A program made the position numbers and the translations under genes. Positions 29,009-38,098 of a stretch of DNA of 64,000 bases are shown piece after piece. This stretch comes from a phage: sequence record NC_135732.1, one strand, 5' to 3'. The notes beneath the pieces are model-generated. The model did no database searches, was not told the DNA's origin, and worked only from the letters and a program-made list of their open reading frames with translations. Each line of letters begins with the position of its first letter. Position 1 is the first letter of the stretch.

Positions 29009-29473
29009 ATGTTTGTTAAATATGTAAAAACGTGCCTCAACAGTCTTGGCAGAGAGCATTGGTACACCTTGCTTGAAAAAGGGGAAATTTTAACAAAATC
29101 TGGAAAGATAACTTTGATACCTCTTGATAGTAAAGGTAAAGACCCGTCACGACTTGTTATAGATGATTACGTTACAGGTGTGACGTTCGAGGTCTCTGTG
29201 GAGAGGTTAATACGCAGAGCTGGCGGCCCTTATGACCGAAGAGAGTATGTTTTCGATTCCGTTACAGAGATGGGGGAGCATCCGTCTTTAATGTTCAGGA
29301 TGGTAATCAGAGATATGAGGTCATCTATAGATAGGATCGTAAAGGACATTAAGGAACCTTTTAGAGTAAAAGTTAAGAAGTTTTTCGATTCTAAGATTAA
29401 CATACTCGCCGTTGCACTAGGTGTAGTTCAACTTCTGTTAATTTTGCACTATTTTGAACTACTATTTAAGTAG
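29009..29473 (+). CDS. hypothetical protein, C-terminal hydrophobic segment
   Basis: GAGGGG RBS then ATG. Confidence 0.5.
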   Translation: MFVKYVKTCLNSLGREHWYTLLEKGEILTKSGKITLIPLDSKGKDPSRLVIDDYVTGVTFEVSVERLIRRAGGPYDRREYVFDSVTEMGEHPSLMFRMVIRDMRSSIDRIVKDIKEPFRVKVKKFFDSKINILAVALGVVQLLLILHYFELLFK

Positions 29474-29535
29474 TAGTTGAGATATGGCACAAAGGATGTG
29501 CCATAGTGAAATAAACTAAGAAAGAGGTAGAGAGA

Positions 29536-29883
29536 ATGCCAAAGATTAAAACGTTATTACTGTGGGTAGCTGTTTTAGCTTTTATAGGGTACTGGACTTG
29601 GGAAACTGAATTAAAAGATATCGGATATACCAGTCTTGAGAGCAAGGCGTGCATTGGCATAACCGATGCGTTCAGGCAAAATGCTCTGGATCACGAATGT
29701 GTTGATGCAGATATAGATGAGAAACTGTCTAAGGACAAAGATTTTTACCATGGGCATGCTTTACTTGATAGTGGTGACACTGTAGAGTTCTGGTCGTGGT
29801 TTCGTGAAGATGGAACAATAAAAACAGCAGTAAAGATCTCTAACAAAGAGTTAATGCTGTTGCAGCAAAAGGAGGCTCAATGA
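29536..29883 (+). CDS. hypothetical protein, N-terminal membrane anchor
   Basis: RBS; N-terminal LLLWVAVLAFIGYW. Confidence 0.5.
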   Translation: MPKIKTLLLWVAVLAFIGYWTWETELKDIGYTSLESKACIGITDAFRQNALDHECVDADIDEKLSKDKDFYHGHALLDSGDTVEFWSWFREDGTIKTAVKISNKELMLLQQKEAQ

Positions 29884-30167
29884 TCTGGATATCCTATGCT
29901 GATGGCACCATGCTGTATACTGCAGGTACCAGATATGAAGTTCAGGAGAACGATAAAAAATTTATCGTAAAAACATTTGACAAGGACGACAACCTTTTGC
30001 TAGAATTGACTTACAAAGTTGGAGAGGTATCCAATATCCAGTTGGATTGTGGTCATAAAGATAATCCACTCAAAAAACCTGGAGTAGGTAAGGCTTCAGA
30101 AGAACGTCTGTCTCGTATTGCAGAAAGCGTTTCTCCCCAAAAATCTAAGAAGAGGACTAGAAAATGA
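29880..30167 (+). CDS. hypothetical protein
   Basis: AAGGAGG RBS. Confidence 0.5.
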   Translation: MIWISYADGTMLYTAGTRYEVQENDKKFIVKTFDKDDNLLLELTYKVGEVSNIQLDCGHKDNPLKKPGVGKASEERLSRIAESVSPQKSKKRTRK

Positions 30168-30358
30168 AAAACTTACGTTTTAACACTTATTACTACAACA
30201 CATTGAATGATTTGTATTATATTGTTCGAAGTAAAAGTCCTGAAACAGTCCTATTCTGCCGCGAACCTTTCAAAGGGGAGGAAGTAGAGTCTGAGATGAA
30301 TGTTAGCCAGATCACCTCTTTGTTGCTCTCAGGCGCAATGGAAGAAGCAATATTCTAA
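30164..30358 (+). CDS. hypothetical small protein
   Basis: AGAGGA RBS. Confidence 0.45.
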   Translation: MKNLRFNTYYYNTLNDLYYIVRSKSPETVLFCREPFKGEEVESEMNVSQITSLLLSGAMEEAIF

Positions 30359-30377
30359 ACCGGGCGGGAGGGTTTTT

Positions 30378-30563
30378 ATGAAGCACTATTGTCTGTCTGG
30401 TAGAATGGGTGCAGATTGTGATTGGGTTTTCTTAAAACTTGTCAGTATTCGAGAGTTCATCCCAGAGGAAGAGCAAGAAAGTGAGCTGATGTCATGGATC
30501 AACCATTACGGTAACACTTTTCGGCATGTTAAGGTAGAAGAGTTGCCAGGCGAGGCTGATTGA
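30378..30563 (+). CDS. hypothetical small protein
   Basis: GGGAGGG RBS then ATG. Confidence 0.45.
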   Translation: MKHYCLSGRMGADCDWVFLKLVSIREFIPEEEQESELMSWINHYGNTFRHVKVEELPGEAD

Positions 30564-30658
30564 CTATGATTGCATCAATATTAACGTTTATGGGTGGCGT
30601 GTCATTCGGATTCATTGTTTGCCTATTTATAGTGATTATGTCTATGCGGGGCTGAATT

Positions 30659-30955
30659 ATGAAACTTTTTGAGTGGTTTAAAAAGTTTAAATATAAAGCT
30701 GTAGCCATCGTGCCGTGGTCAATTCAGTGGGTTGATGAAGGTGGTCTACCGATACCTGGTGACAAAGATACTGGGTACTGGATTATGATGGAGAACGGGT
30801 TTGGAAAGCGAAAGTATACGTGCACAAACTCTACTCGATCTGCACTTAATAGAGTGCCTGGTTATAAACTTATGGTTGTGTGGAAAATGTCAGGCGTGCC
30901 TCCAGCCAATGCTCAATTTCTTACTGACAATCCGACCACGGTAGAGGGAGATTGA
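30659..30955 (+). CDS. hypothetical protein
   Basis: ORF with ATG start. Confidence 0.45.
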   Translation: MKLFEWFKKFKYKAVAIVPWSIQWVDEGGLPIPGDKDTGYWIMMENGFGKRKYTCTNSTRSALNRVPGYKLMVVWKMSGVPPANAQFLTDNPTTVEGD

Positions 30956-30957
30956 TA

Positions 30958-31239
30958 ATGAAAAAGATTAACAGTAGTGAAGTAGAGTTTAAACTTGTCG
31001 GAAAAGGCACTTACTGGGAAGTTCGTCAAAAGGTATATTTGTTCGGTCTTATTCCCTACTGGTCTAAATTCTACTGGGGAGCTAACGAGTGGGGAAGATA
31101 CGCCACCAAATCAATGGCACTTGTTGGTATAGCAGAGTACATTGCAGCCCGAGATAGGGTTGGAACCACTTATTACTACACTGCTGACGATATTCGTAAC
31201 AGTGTTTACGTCCCACAACCGCCTGAGGGAGACCGTTGA
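30958..31239 (+). CDS. hypothetical protein
   Basis: GAGGGAG RBS then ATG; track start was TTG. Confidence 0.5.
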   Translation: MKKINSSEVEFKLVGKGTYWEVRQKVYLFGLIPYWSKFYWGANEWGRYATKSMALVGIAEYIAARDRVGTTYYYTADDIRNSVYVPQPPEGDR

Positions 31240-31463
31240 TGAAAGTTAAAGTTTTAGATTCAAGCTTCTATATTGGTCAGGAGCCCTTAGTGGGGAAAGT
31301 GTTTACCGCTATCCCTAACGAAGATTATCCTGACCTTTTAAAAATAAAAGGTGCAGATCTTATTGCCGCTGGTGCATCTCAGGACTGCTTTGACAGCCAG
31401 TGGACCTACAACTTTGCCCTTGGTGAGGATGTAGAGATAGTGGAGGACGAGAATGAAGGTTAA
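31239..31463 (+). CDS. small acidic protein, MKVK...VEIVEE paralog family
   Basis: GAGGGAGA RBS; KGADLIAAGASQD and DVEIVEDE tail. Confidence 0.55.
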   Translation: MKVKVLDSSFYIGQEPLVGKVFTAIPNEDYPDLLKIKGADLIAAGASQDCFDSQWTYNFALGEDVEIVEDENEG

Positions 31464-31707
31464 AATTCTTGATTCTAACGTCTACTTGGGACAATCCTTC
31501 CTGAAGGGAAAGGTTGTACCTGCGGTGTACTTTGAATGGTTGCCTGACAACGATCCTGTGCGTCAGAAGCATTCCACTGTATCACACGGTGTGGTATTTA
31601 TTCGCGGGTTAGATCTGATCAAAGCGGGTGTCCCCAAGTATTACTTTGGGGAAGAACATTACTATGCCTTCGGTGTAGGAACAGACGTAGAGATTGTAGA
31701 GCGGTAG
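31453..31707 (+). CDS. small acidic protein, MKVK...VEIVEE paralog family
   Basis: GGAGGA RBS; MKVKILDSNVYLGQ and DVEIVER tail. Confidence 0.55.
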   Translation: MKVKILDSNVYLGQSFLKGKVVPAVYFEWLPDNDPVRQKHSTVSHGVVFIRGLDLIKAGVPKYYFGEEHYYAFGVGTDVEIVER

Positions 31708-31708
31708 T

Positions 31709-32107
31709 ATGAAGAACAAGCTTTTCAAAGTAACAATGAAAATTCGCGGAGCTTGGAGCGTAAAGCAAGGGCGTATTCCGGAATTTGAGAAAGACTTCTA
31801 CGTAGTCTCCACCTCGGAGGAGGCTGCATGCTGGCAGGCTGGCTATGCCTATGCAAGAACCTGGTACGAAGGATACCAGACTGGGGGCTATGACGGAGAA
31901 ATTATCAGCAAGGGTGTAGAAGAAATTAATGTGTTGACAAGTGAAAAAGTTTTTGTTATAGTGCATCCAGATTCCAGAGTGAAGCATTACTGGAATGCCA
32001 GAACAAAAACTTGGACACCGTTTGCAGATTCTGCTACGCCACTTTTAAACCAGAAAGCTCTTGACTCTGCCCCAAGTTATGGGGTTGTTGAAGAAAAGCT
32101 AAACTGA
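31709..32107 (+). CDS. hypothetical protein (paralog of 33919 ORF)
   Basis: VIVHPDSRVKHYWNARTKTWTPF resembles VMRHPHSNIAYYWDVLNNEWTPDL in 33919 ORF. Confidence 0.5.
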   Translation: MKNKLFKVTMKIRGAWSVKQGRIPEFEKDFYVVSTSEEAACWQAGYAYARTWYEGYQTGGYDGEIISKGVEEINVLTSEKVFVIVHPDSRVKHYWNARTKTWTPFADSATPLLNQKALDSAPSYGVVEEKLN

Positions 32108-32124
32108 AACAGTGAGGTGTCACC

Positions 32125-32415
32125 ATGATGGATTTAATTCTAAATATTGATAACGCAGAAGAGTTTAAAGACGATGGTGTAACAAGCATGGACAAACCCT
32201 GCTCTGCTAAGGTTGACTCAAAATGGACCTACAAGTTTGACGGAGAGATCTTCGCAAATGATGAGAAGGTTGTAGATGCTGCAGCCATTTTAAACGCTCT
32301 AGGGTACGACCCTGTGAATTCTTTGATCAAGGATCCTGTTGAGTTTGCAGAGTATGTTCGAAAAATGGCAGATCTTGCTGTGGATATTTTAAAAACTATC
32401 GACAACAAGCTGTAA
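32125..32415 (+). CDS. hypothetical protein
   Basis: GTGAGGTG RBS. Confidence 0.5.
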   Translation: MMDLILNIDNAEEFKDDGVTSMDKPCSAKVDSKWTYKFDGEIFANDEKVVDAAAILNALGYDPVNSLIKDPVEFAEYVRKMADLAVDILKTIDNKL

Positions 32416-32421
32416 AAACTG

Positions 32422-32450
32422 TTGACACAACGCTTCAGATTTAGTATCAT
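32422..32450 (+). promoter_or_regulatory. sigma70-like promoter
   Basis: TTGACA, 17-nt spacer, TATCAT. Confidence 0.5.
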
Positions 32451-32499
32451 TGTTTTCAAAGAGAGATAGTTATTCCCTCTTCCTTAAAAGGAACACGTT

Positions 32500-32820
32500 A
32501 TGCAAATTGAAATCACTGGCAACAATGTAGAAATCACAGAAGGTATGGTATCTTTTATTTCCCGCAAAATGTCCAAGCTGGAGCGTTTACATCCCTCTGT
32601 TAACTATGCACGTGTGAGTGTAAAAGTTGAAAATGATCACCAGGAAGTTATGGCGTTCATTTTTGACAATTCTGGAAAAGAAGTTATTGCCAAGGCTAAA
32701 GGCAGTGATGCTTACGAGGCAACTGACCGTATGGTAGATGTTGCAGCACGTCAGCTGGCTAAATGCGGTGGAAAGAAAGGTAAGGGGAAAGGCAAAGTAA
32801 AGATTGACTTTGGAGAATGA
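32500..32820 (+). CDS. hpf: ribosome hibernation promoting factor homolog (HPF/RaiA family)
   Basis: MQIEITGNNVEITEGM...VSVKVEN...ARQLAK matches E. coli HPF as recalled; AAAGGAAC RBS. Confidence 0.7.
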   Translation: MQIEITGNNVEITEGMVSFISRKMSKLERLHPSVNYARVSVKVENDHQEVMAFIFDNSGKEVIAKAKGSDAYEATDRMVDVAARQLAKCGGKKGKGKGKVKIDFGE

Positions 32821-32957
32821 GGTGCTACAATGGGTGTGATTAAGAAATTAGTCCCAAATGTAGAGATTGCATGCTTTGAAATTATGTTTGCAATCGCAGT
32901 TGTAGTTAATGTGTTAGGTTACGGCTATTAATATCAAATAATTGAGGAGACCTCTAA

Positions 32958-33227
32958 ATGAAAATTAAATTATTCAAAACTGAGCTGGCAGACAAAAATT
33001 GTGGTCTGGTTGAAGGCATGATTGTTGAAGCACAACCAGTGGACTATATGAAGGTGGTTCGTGATGCCCTGGGTGAAGGTTTTGATCTGATGGAGCCAGC
33101 TCTGCGAGAAGATGTTATCGAGATGGCTAAAAAGCACACACCTGAGGGTTTGGTGGTGTTTGTTGCACCTGGTAATGGAGAAGAGTTGATTGTAACTCCT
33201 GATGTGTATGAGATTGTAGAGGAATAA
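32958..33227 (+). CDS. small acidic protein (VEIVEE-tail family)
   Basis: GAGGAGA RBS; C-terminal DVYEIVEE. Confidence 0.5.
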   Translation: MKIKLFKTELADKNCGLVEGMIVEAQPVDYMKVVRDALGEGFDLMEPALREDVIEMAKKHTPEGLVVFVAPGNGEELIVTPDVYEIVEE

Positions 33228-33318
33228 TCCTGCTTGGATTAGCATACTTCCTCGCTAAGGAAGATTTGTAATTATTTGTGGGAAAGGAATCCCAATATCT
33301 TACCAGAGGTGATATTAT

Positions 33319-33582
33319 ATGATTGTTTATTTTAAAACTTCAGGTGGATACCCTGATTCTCAAAGCTTGATCGGAAAAACGTGCACAGCATACTCACCTC
33401 TTGATGAGGAGGTAAGTGATATTCTACGAAATATGTATCGGATTGACCCCCAAGAAGCTTTTGATCAAAACCTTGTATTTGTCAAGGGCTCAGACATGAA
33501 GTCTTTGGGAGCATTCCCTGAAGCAGATGATGATGCCGTTTATTCGTTCATGACTCCTTTTGAAGCTATGGTTGTTGGGTGA
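33319..33582 (+). CDS. small acidic protein (family-like)
   Basis: GAGGTGA RBS; LVFVKGSDMKSLGAF resembles family core. Confidence 0.5.
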   Translation: MIVYFKTSGGYPDSQSLIGKTCTAYSPLDEEVSDILRNMYRIDPQEAFDQNLVFVKGSDMKSLGAFPEADDDAVYSFMTPFEAMVVG

Positions 33583-33586
33583 TAAT

Positions 33587-33919
33587 ATGAAAGTACGCTT
33601 TATTGGTGAAACAATTCCTGTGCATCTCCGGTCTCCTGAGGATTCTGCAGATCTTGCATCTCAAAAGGCGAGAGGTTATGATAAGAAAGTAACCTCAACC
33701 GATGTAGTGCTTGAGGCTACTAGTCTACCTGACCCTGCTGCATTCTTTAATCATTATGGGTACTATTTCAGCAATCTGATGAATATCGGTGAGCTTGTGT
33801 TTATTAGTGGTGGAGAAATTGTTAGCAAGCTTGGCGGAGATCCGGATGTCTTTCATGAAACCTGTCCTTTTGCATTTGTGGTGGGTTCAGATGTGGAAGT
33901 TATTGAGGAGGTGCGGTAA
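33587..33919 (+). CDS. small acidic protein (VEIVEE-tail family)
   Basis: ATG 33587 (MKVRFIG); C-terminal DVEVIEEVR. Confidence 0.5.
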   Translation: MKVRFIGETIPVHLRSPEDSADLASQKARGYDKKVTSTDVVLEATSLPDPAAFFNHYGYYFSNLMNIGELVFISGGEIVSKLGGDPDVFHETCPFAFVVGSDVEVIEEVR

Positions 33920-34314
33920 TGGTAAGCCTATACCGTGTTGAGTATAGCTCAGATACTGTATACAACGTAAGAAGCAAAGATCGCAGCGACAGAGTGCAAG
34001 AAATGTACGTTCTTGCCGACAGTCCGTTATCTGCAGCGTTCAAGGCAGGGGCTCTTGCATCTCGTTGGAAATTTGAAGGTGGATCTTTCTATGAAGAAAC
34101 CCTTGAAGATTCTGTTGTTATTTCTTCTGTAGAGGTTTCAGATGACTACGAAGGGAAAAAGTTCGTAATGCGGCACCCACACAGCAATATTGCGTACTAC
34201 TGGGATGTTCTGAACAACGAGTGGACCCCAGATCTTCAGAAGGCTACTGTGCTAACACCGTTTTTGGCAGATAAGTTCCCACCAGAAGGTAATTTATCTG
34301 CACTGTTTCAGTAA
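33919..34314 (+). CDS. hypothetical protein (paralog of 31709 ORF)
   Basis: GAGGAGG RBS; shared HP..YW...WTP motif. Confidence 0.5.
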   Translation: MVSLYRVEYSSDTVYNVRSKDRSDRVQEMYVLADSPLSAAFKAGALASRWKFEGGSFYEETLEDSVVISSVEVSDDYEGKKFVMRHPHSNIAYYWDVLNNEWTPDLQKATVLTPFLADKFPPEGNLSALFQ

Positions 34315-34393
34315 TTTTCTTGCACACAGGTGTTGACAACGCCAACCCTGTGTGAAATAATACCTTCATCTTAACAAGACAGGAGACCGATTG

Positions 34394-34651
34394 ATGAAGA
34401 TTAAATTGAAAAACCTTGAAACGGCAGAGATTCAGGACGGTGTTGATTTCCGTTCTAAAGATGGTGACATCTTAGAGGTAAATATTCCAACCTACGAGCT
34501 GATCAAAGGTTTTGGCAACGTCCCCGAGGAAGGTATCGCAGACGTTCTTCTAATGTTAATCGTTAGTGGGACAGTGTTCTTGGGTGAAGGTGAGAACGCT
34601 ATTGCAATCCCAAGCCATTTTTATGAAGTAGTTGACGAAGAGGTGCTGTAA
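34394..34651 (+). CDS. small acidic protein (VEIVEE-tail family)
   Basis: ATG after TTG; C-terminal FYEVVDEEVL. Confidence 0.5.
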   Translation: MKIKLKNLETAEIQDGVDFRSKDGDILEVNIPTYELIKGFGNVPEEGIADVLLMLIVSGTVFLGEGENAIAIPSHFYEVVDEEVL

Positions 34652-35002
34652 ATGAAAGTAGAAATTACTGGTTTTGATGTGAATGTGGTTCCGGAAGATA
34701 TTTTAGCTAAACTCCCGGAAGGTTTTGGTAACGGTGTTGTGGTGGATGCTGTTCCTCCTACCAAAGACATTCTGCTGCAGTATGGTGTAGCAGAGGAAGA
34801 TGTCGATAAAGTTCTTACAATGATGGCAATCGATCGTGTTGTCGTTGTTAAAGGTCTCGATAATTTTGAGAGTGATCCCCTGATTATTCGTGGAGATGAC
34901 TATAAAATCATCGATAATGAAGGCCAAGAGTTCTATGAGCCTTGTGCAGAAGATATTCTTAGCTTATTACTGGAAGCAGGTACCGAAGAGGAGGACGAAT
35001 AA
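34652..35002 (+). CDS. small acidic protein
   Basis: GAGGTG RBS; MKVEITGFDV. Confidence 0.5.
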   Translation: MKVEITGFDVNVVPEDILAKLPEGFGNGVVVDAVPPTKDILLQYGVAEEDVDKVLTMMAIDRVVVVKGLDNFESDPLIIRGDDYKIIDNEGQEFYEPCAEDILSLLLEAGTEEEDE

Positions 35003-35331
35003 TGAAGATTGACCCGTTACTGAAGGCTCGTGCAGAAAAAGCGTACACCATTAAGCTGACCAACCTGGTTCCTACTTGTCATCCAGATGTAGGTTGGCCT
35101 GAAGGTCTGGTAGAGGGGACTGTAACAGCTGCATACCTCCCTAACATCAAATACCTTATGGAAATCTTGGAGCTGGATGAGGAAACGGCAGAAGAGTTCC
35201 AGTTGGACATGAAACAAAGTGGGACTCTGGTTATTCACGGGTGGTATAATACTAAAGACGCAGAAGACCCTCTTGTAACTTCTAATCTGGCATATGAAAT
35301 CTTAGGACCTTTGAACCTGGGGGAAGACTAA
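35002..35331 (+). CDS. hypothetical acidic protein
   Basis: GAGGAGGA RBS. Confidence 0.5.
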   Translation: MKIDPLLKARAEKAYTIKLTNLVPTCHPDVGWPEGLVEGTVTAAYLPNIKYLMEILELDEETAEEFQLDMKQSGTLVIHGWYNTKDAEDPLVTSNLAYEILGPLNLGED

Positions 35332-35618
35332 TGAAAGATCTGGTTAAGATTAAGATTAAAGATACCAACGGCGAACTCAGCCATTTTGGAATTAATGATG
35401 GTGACGAGCTGATCGCACACCTGCCTACCAAGGAAGTTGTAAGCAAAGCAGTTGCCGGAGAAGAAGATGCAATGCAGGCTGCAGGTGTGGATGAAAACTA
35501 TGTAGCCATGTGCATGTGCCGAGACCAGGTTGTTCTGTATAAAGCGTATCGACCAAACGGAGCCACGGAGTGGCTTGTATTCCGACCCGAAGGATATGAA
35601 ATCTTAGAGGCACTATGA
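35331..35618 (+). CDS. hypothetical acidic protein
   Basis: GGGGGAAG RBS. Confidence 0.5.
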   Translation: MKDLVKIKIKDTNGELSHFGINDGDELIAHLPTKEVVSKAVAGEEDAMQAAGVDENYVAMCMCRDQVVLYKAYRPNGATEWLVFRPEGYEILEAL

Positions 35619-35707
35619 TAAATCTTGCCAAGGTTGCAACGGTACTGTTAATTATTTGCTGGTCAGTAACCTTAACACTGTGTCTTGTATTTCAGTAAGG
35701 TGCTTAT

Positions 35708-35971
35708 ATGAACATCCTGATGTGGGTTGTAGCAGTGGCGTTTGTTGCATGTTTTTGCTGCTGGGTTGCGGTGAGGATTTCTGTAGCTACCCTTCGGAAG
35801 TTGGGGTTCTCAGAGTGGGATATTAATATCCTTTCTTTTCGCAATGAAACAATCTCAGCCGCCCTGCTCTGTAAGAAATTCAAGTGGGAACCTTGCGAGG
35901 TCATGAACTATCTAAGAACGGGAGATATCCCTGAAAGATTTAAAAAAGTTCTTGACGACAAGGATAAATGA
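35708..35971 (+). CDS. small membrane protein
   Basis: AAGGTG RBS; N-terminal hydrophobic helix. Confidence 0.45.
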   Translation: MNILMWVVAVAFVACFCCWVAVRISVATLRKLGFSEWDINILSFRNETISAALLCKKFKWEPCEVMNYLRTGDIPERFKKVLDDKDK

Positions 35972-36126
35972 TAGTATAGTGACTAACAAGAGGTGAGGAA
36001 TGACTGATTTTACTGAAGCTTTAATGATGGCCTTGTCTGTTTTAGCGCTATCGGTGTGTTTTGGGGCGTTATTCACATCTCTGGTTAAAGTTTTACATAC
36101 AGTATTATTACCCAAGGAGCGCAGTA

Positions 36127-36378
36127 ATGACGAAGATTGACTTGAATGCTGGCGATCATGTTGTTGTCAAATGCATTGGAGATTATCTTGGATTCACAAT
36201 CGGCAATACTTACGAGGCGGTAGTGGCGAAGGTTTACTATGATAAAGTCCTCAGTCTTGTATTTGACTGCGATGATGATGGGGATGACCGATACGTCTGT
36301 GAGGTGCTGGCACGAGACGATAGTGAAGACCAGAAATTCCTGGTTATTGAACTGAACGGTATTTTTGTAGAACGTTAA
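36127..36378 (+). CDS. hypothetical small protein
   Basis: AAGGAG RBS then ATG 36127; track ORF started upstream. Confidence 0.45.
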   Translation: MTKIDLNAGDHVVVKCIGDYLGFTIGNTYEAVVAKVYYDKVLSLVFDCDDDGDDRYVCEVLARDDSEDQKFLVIELNGIFVER

Positions 36379-36406
36379 TTTAAAACAACATAAGGAGACT
36401 CTTACT

Positions 36407-36712
36407 ATGGCTAAATCTAAAGTTGAACTGTTCACCTCTCTTCCTTCTGACACTGCAGAGCGTGATCGCCTTCGCAAAACAATCGAAGAACTGGTAGAAC
36501 TCCAACTTCAGATTAAAGATCTGAAAGATGCCATTAAGGATATCATTCTCGTTGAGAAGCAGGATCACCTGTATTCTCCTAAATTCATCAAATCTCTGGT
36601 GGCTACCGAGTTCGATATTCGCTATGAGGCTGAAAAACGTCGCGCTAAAATCGAAGAAGAGGTTGAGCACATGTCTGAGGCAGACATTCTGTTCAAACGC
36701 TCTGTAGAATAA
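36407..36712 (+). CDS. hypothetical protein (charged, helical)
   Basis: AAGGAGA RBS. Confidence 0.5.
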   Translation: MAKSKVELFTSLPSDTAERDRLRKTIEELVELQLQIKDLKDAIKDIILVEKQDHLYSPKFIKSLVATEFDIRYEAEKRRAKIEEEVEHMSEADILFKRSVE

Positions 36713-36718
36713 TGACAA

Positions 36719-36746
36719 AGAGGGGGGCTTGGGCCCCTCTTTTTTC
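36719..36746 (+). terminator. rho-independent terminator
   Basis: GAGGGGGG-CTTG-GGCCCCTC hairpin then TTTTTTC. Confidence 0.7.
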
Positions 36747-36767
36747 TATCTATGAAGGAGATTTGAG

Positions 36768-37094
36768 ATGGGTATACCGATTACTGTAAAAGAGCTAAAT
36801 GAACGTGATGCAGGTGGTCTATGGCCTGCACGAAAAATCCGCTGCGTCTATATGAAAGAGAATCTTGAACATCTTGATCAACAGATAAAGGTCGGCGATA
36901 TTTTCGAGGTCTTCTATTCCAATCGTCGCAACTGGGAAACCATTCAACCTTCCGGTTTTGTTCTTGCTAAGCTCGACACTGGAGAAGTGATTATCCCAGG
37001 GTTGGATATTGTCTTCGAAATTATCCAGGAGTGGGATCCGGATAAGATTAGATACGAAGAGTTATTCGGTAAAGGTATTATCAAACCTGTGTGA
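36768..37094 (+). CDS. hypothetical protein
   Basis: GAAGGAGA RBS. Confidence 0.5.
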   Translation: MGIPITVKELNERDAGGLWPARKIRCVYMKENLEHLDQQIKVGDIFEVFYSNRRNWETIQPSGFVLAKLDTGEVIIPGLDIVFEIIQEWDPDKIRYEELFGKGIIKPV

Positions 37095-37402
37095 GGTGGA
37101 TTATGTCTACAAAGGCGGCTAAATACTCTTACATGCCATCAACCTCTGCAGAGGTAGACTTTAGTTTCGATGTGTTTCCACTGTTTGAGGTGGTTCTGGC
37201 ATACCCAACAATACTATCTACTCCTGAATCACTTGTGCCTGTTAAATTGCAGAACGCTATGCATTCTATGCACTACAACAATAAATGTAGGCACAGATGG
37301 TGTCAGGACGAGGAAAAAGATTTAGATAGTTTGAGAGATTTTGACAGTCACCTTTTGACACCTTTCAGCTACTCCAACCTTGATAAGCCCTCATGGGTAT
37401 AG
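37091..37402 (+). CDS. hypothetical protein
   Basis: GAGGTGGA RBS. Confidence 0.45.
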   Translation: MRWIMSTKAAKYSYMPSTSAEVDFSFDVFPLFEVVLAYPTILSTPESLVPVKLQNAMHSMHYNNKCRHRWCQDEEKDLDSLRDFDSHLLTPFSYSNLDKPSWV

Positions 37403-37427
37403 CAAAATATCAAATTTAAGACACCTA

Positions 37428-37455
37428 GGACGCTCTGTGGCGTCCTTTTCTTTAT
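37428..37455 (+). terminator. rho-independent terminator
   Basis: AGGACGC-TCTGTG-GCGTCCT hairpin then TTTCTTT. Confidence 0.7.
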
Positions 37456-37615
37456 CTGGTGCACGATTGCATACCTTGGACAGATAATCTCATTACAGAG
37501 CGTTTAAGAGCTTCCTACAAACAAATCTCTCTTTCGAGCGTAGCGAGAACGCACGTCCGTTTTGACCCAAATCACCATACGCTCGGATTTTAACCAAACC
37601 CTCGCGGCGTTTCTG

Positions 37616-37644
37616 TTGACACATTACCGCTCTCGTGATAGTAT
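37616..37644 (+). promoter_or_regulatory. sigma70-like promoter
   Basis: TTGACA, 17-nt spacer, TAGTAT. Confidence 0.5.
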
Positions 37645-37664
37645 CCACACATCGTTTGGAGAAT

Positions 37665-37766
37665 ATGGAATACACAATGAGAACATTGTCTGAAGTTTTA
37701 GTGGTGATCCTGATGATCATTACATCCATAGCGGCTGTTGCCGGAATACTCACAGGTGGAACATGA
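37665..37766 (+). CDS. small hydrophobic peptide (33 aa)
   Basis: GGAG RBS; MEYTMRTLSEVLVVILMIITSIAAVAGILTGGT; stop overlaps next ATG; below track cut-off. Confidence 0.35.
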   Translation: MEYTMRTLSEVLVVILMIITSIAAVAGILTGGT

Positions 37767-37978
37767 TCAACACACATGCATCTGAAGAGACATCCGAAGG
37801 AGTGACGACCATATGTAACCTGGCTGAGCCAGTGAAAGAGGAAAACTTCGATTCTGAAGATTCTCCATCTTCGCTCCAGGTAGACCCTGAGGCTGATGAC
37901 CTGACGTGGGAGGACATCGTAGACATCTGGTTCTCTATTATGCCTGAGCACGAAGAGTTCAGAGGTGGTAGACTATGA
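37763..37978 (+). CDS. small acidic protein
   Basis: GGTGGA RBS; ATG overlapping upstream stop. Confidence 0.45.
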   Translation: MINTHASEETSEGVTTICNLAEPVKEENFDSEDSPSSLQVDPEADDLTWEDIVDIWFSIMPEHEEFRGGRL

Positions 37979-38098
37979 AGCACCGAGCCCACACAGGTTC
38001 CTCATGCTAAAGCATGACCTGAAGAGGCAAACGTGCATAATTCCTGTGCATTGAAACGTATAAACCCTGTTCACACTCTCATTCACAGAGGAGATTTC

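Noticed and set aside
37493-37951. 152-aa minus-strand ORF (and 37750..37992)
   Set aside because: Antisense to plus-strand promoter, peptide and acidic-protein genes that have clear RBSs; Arg/Cys-rich composition.
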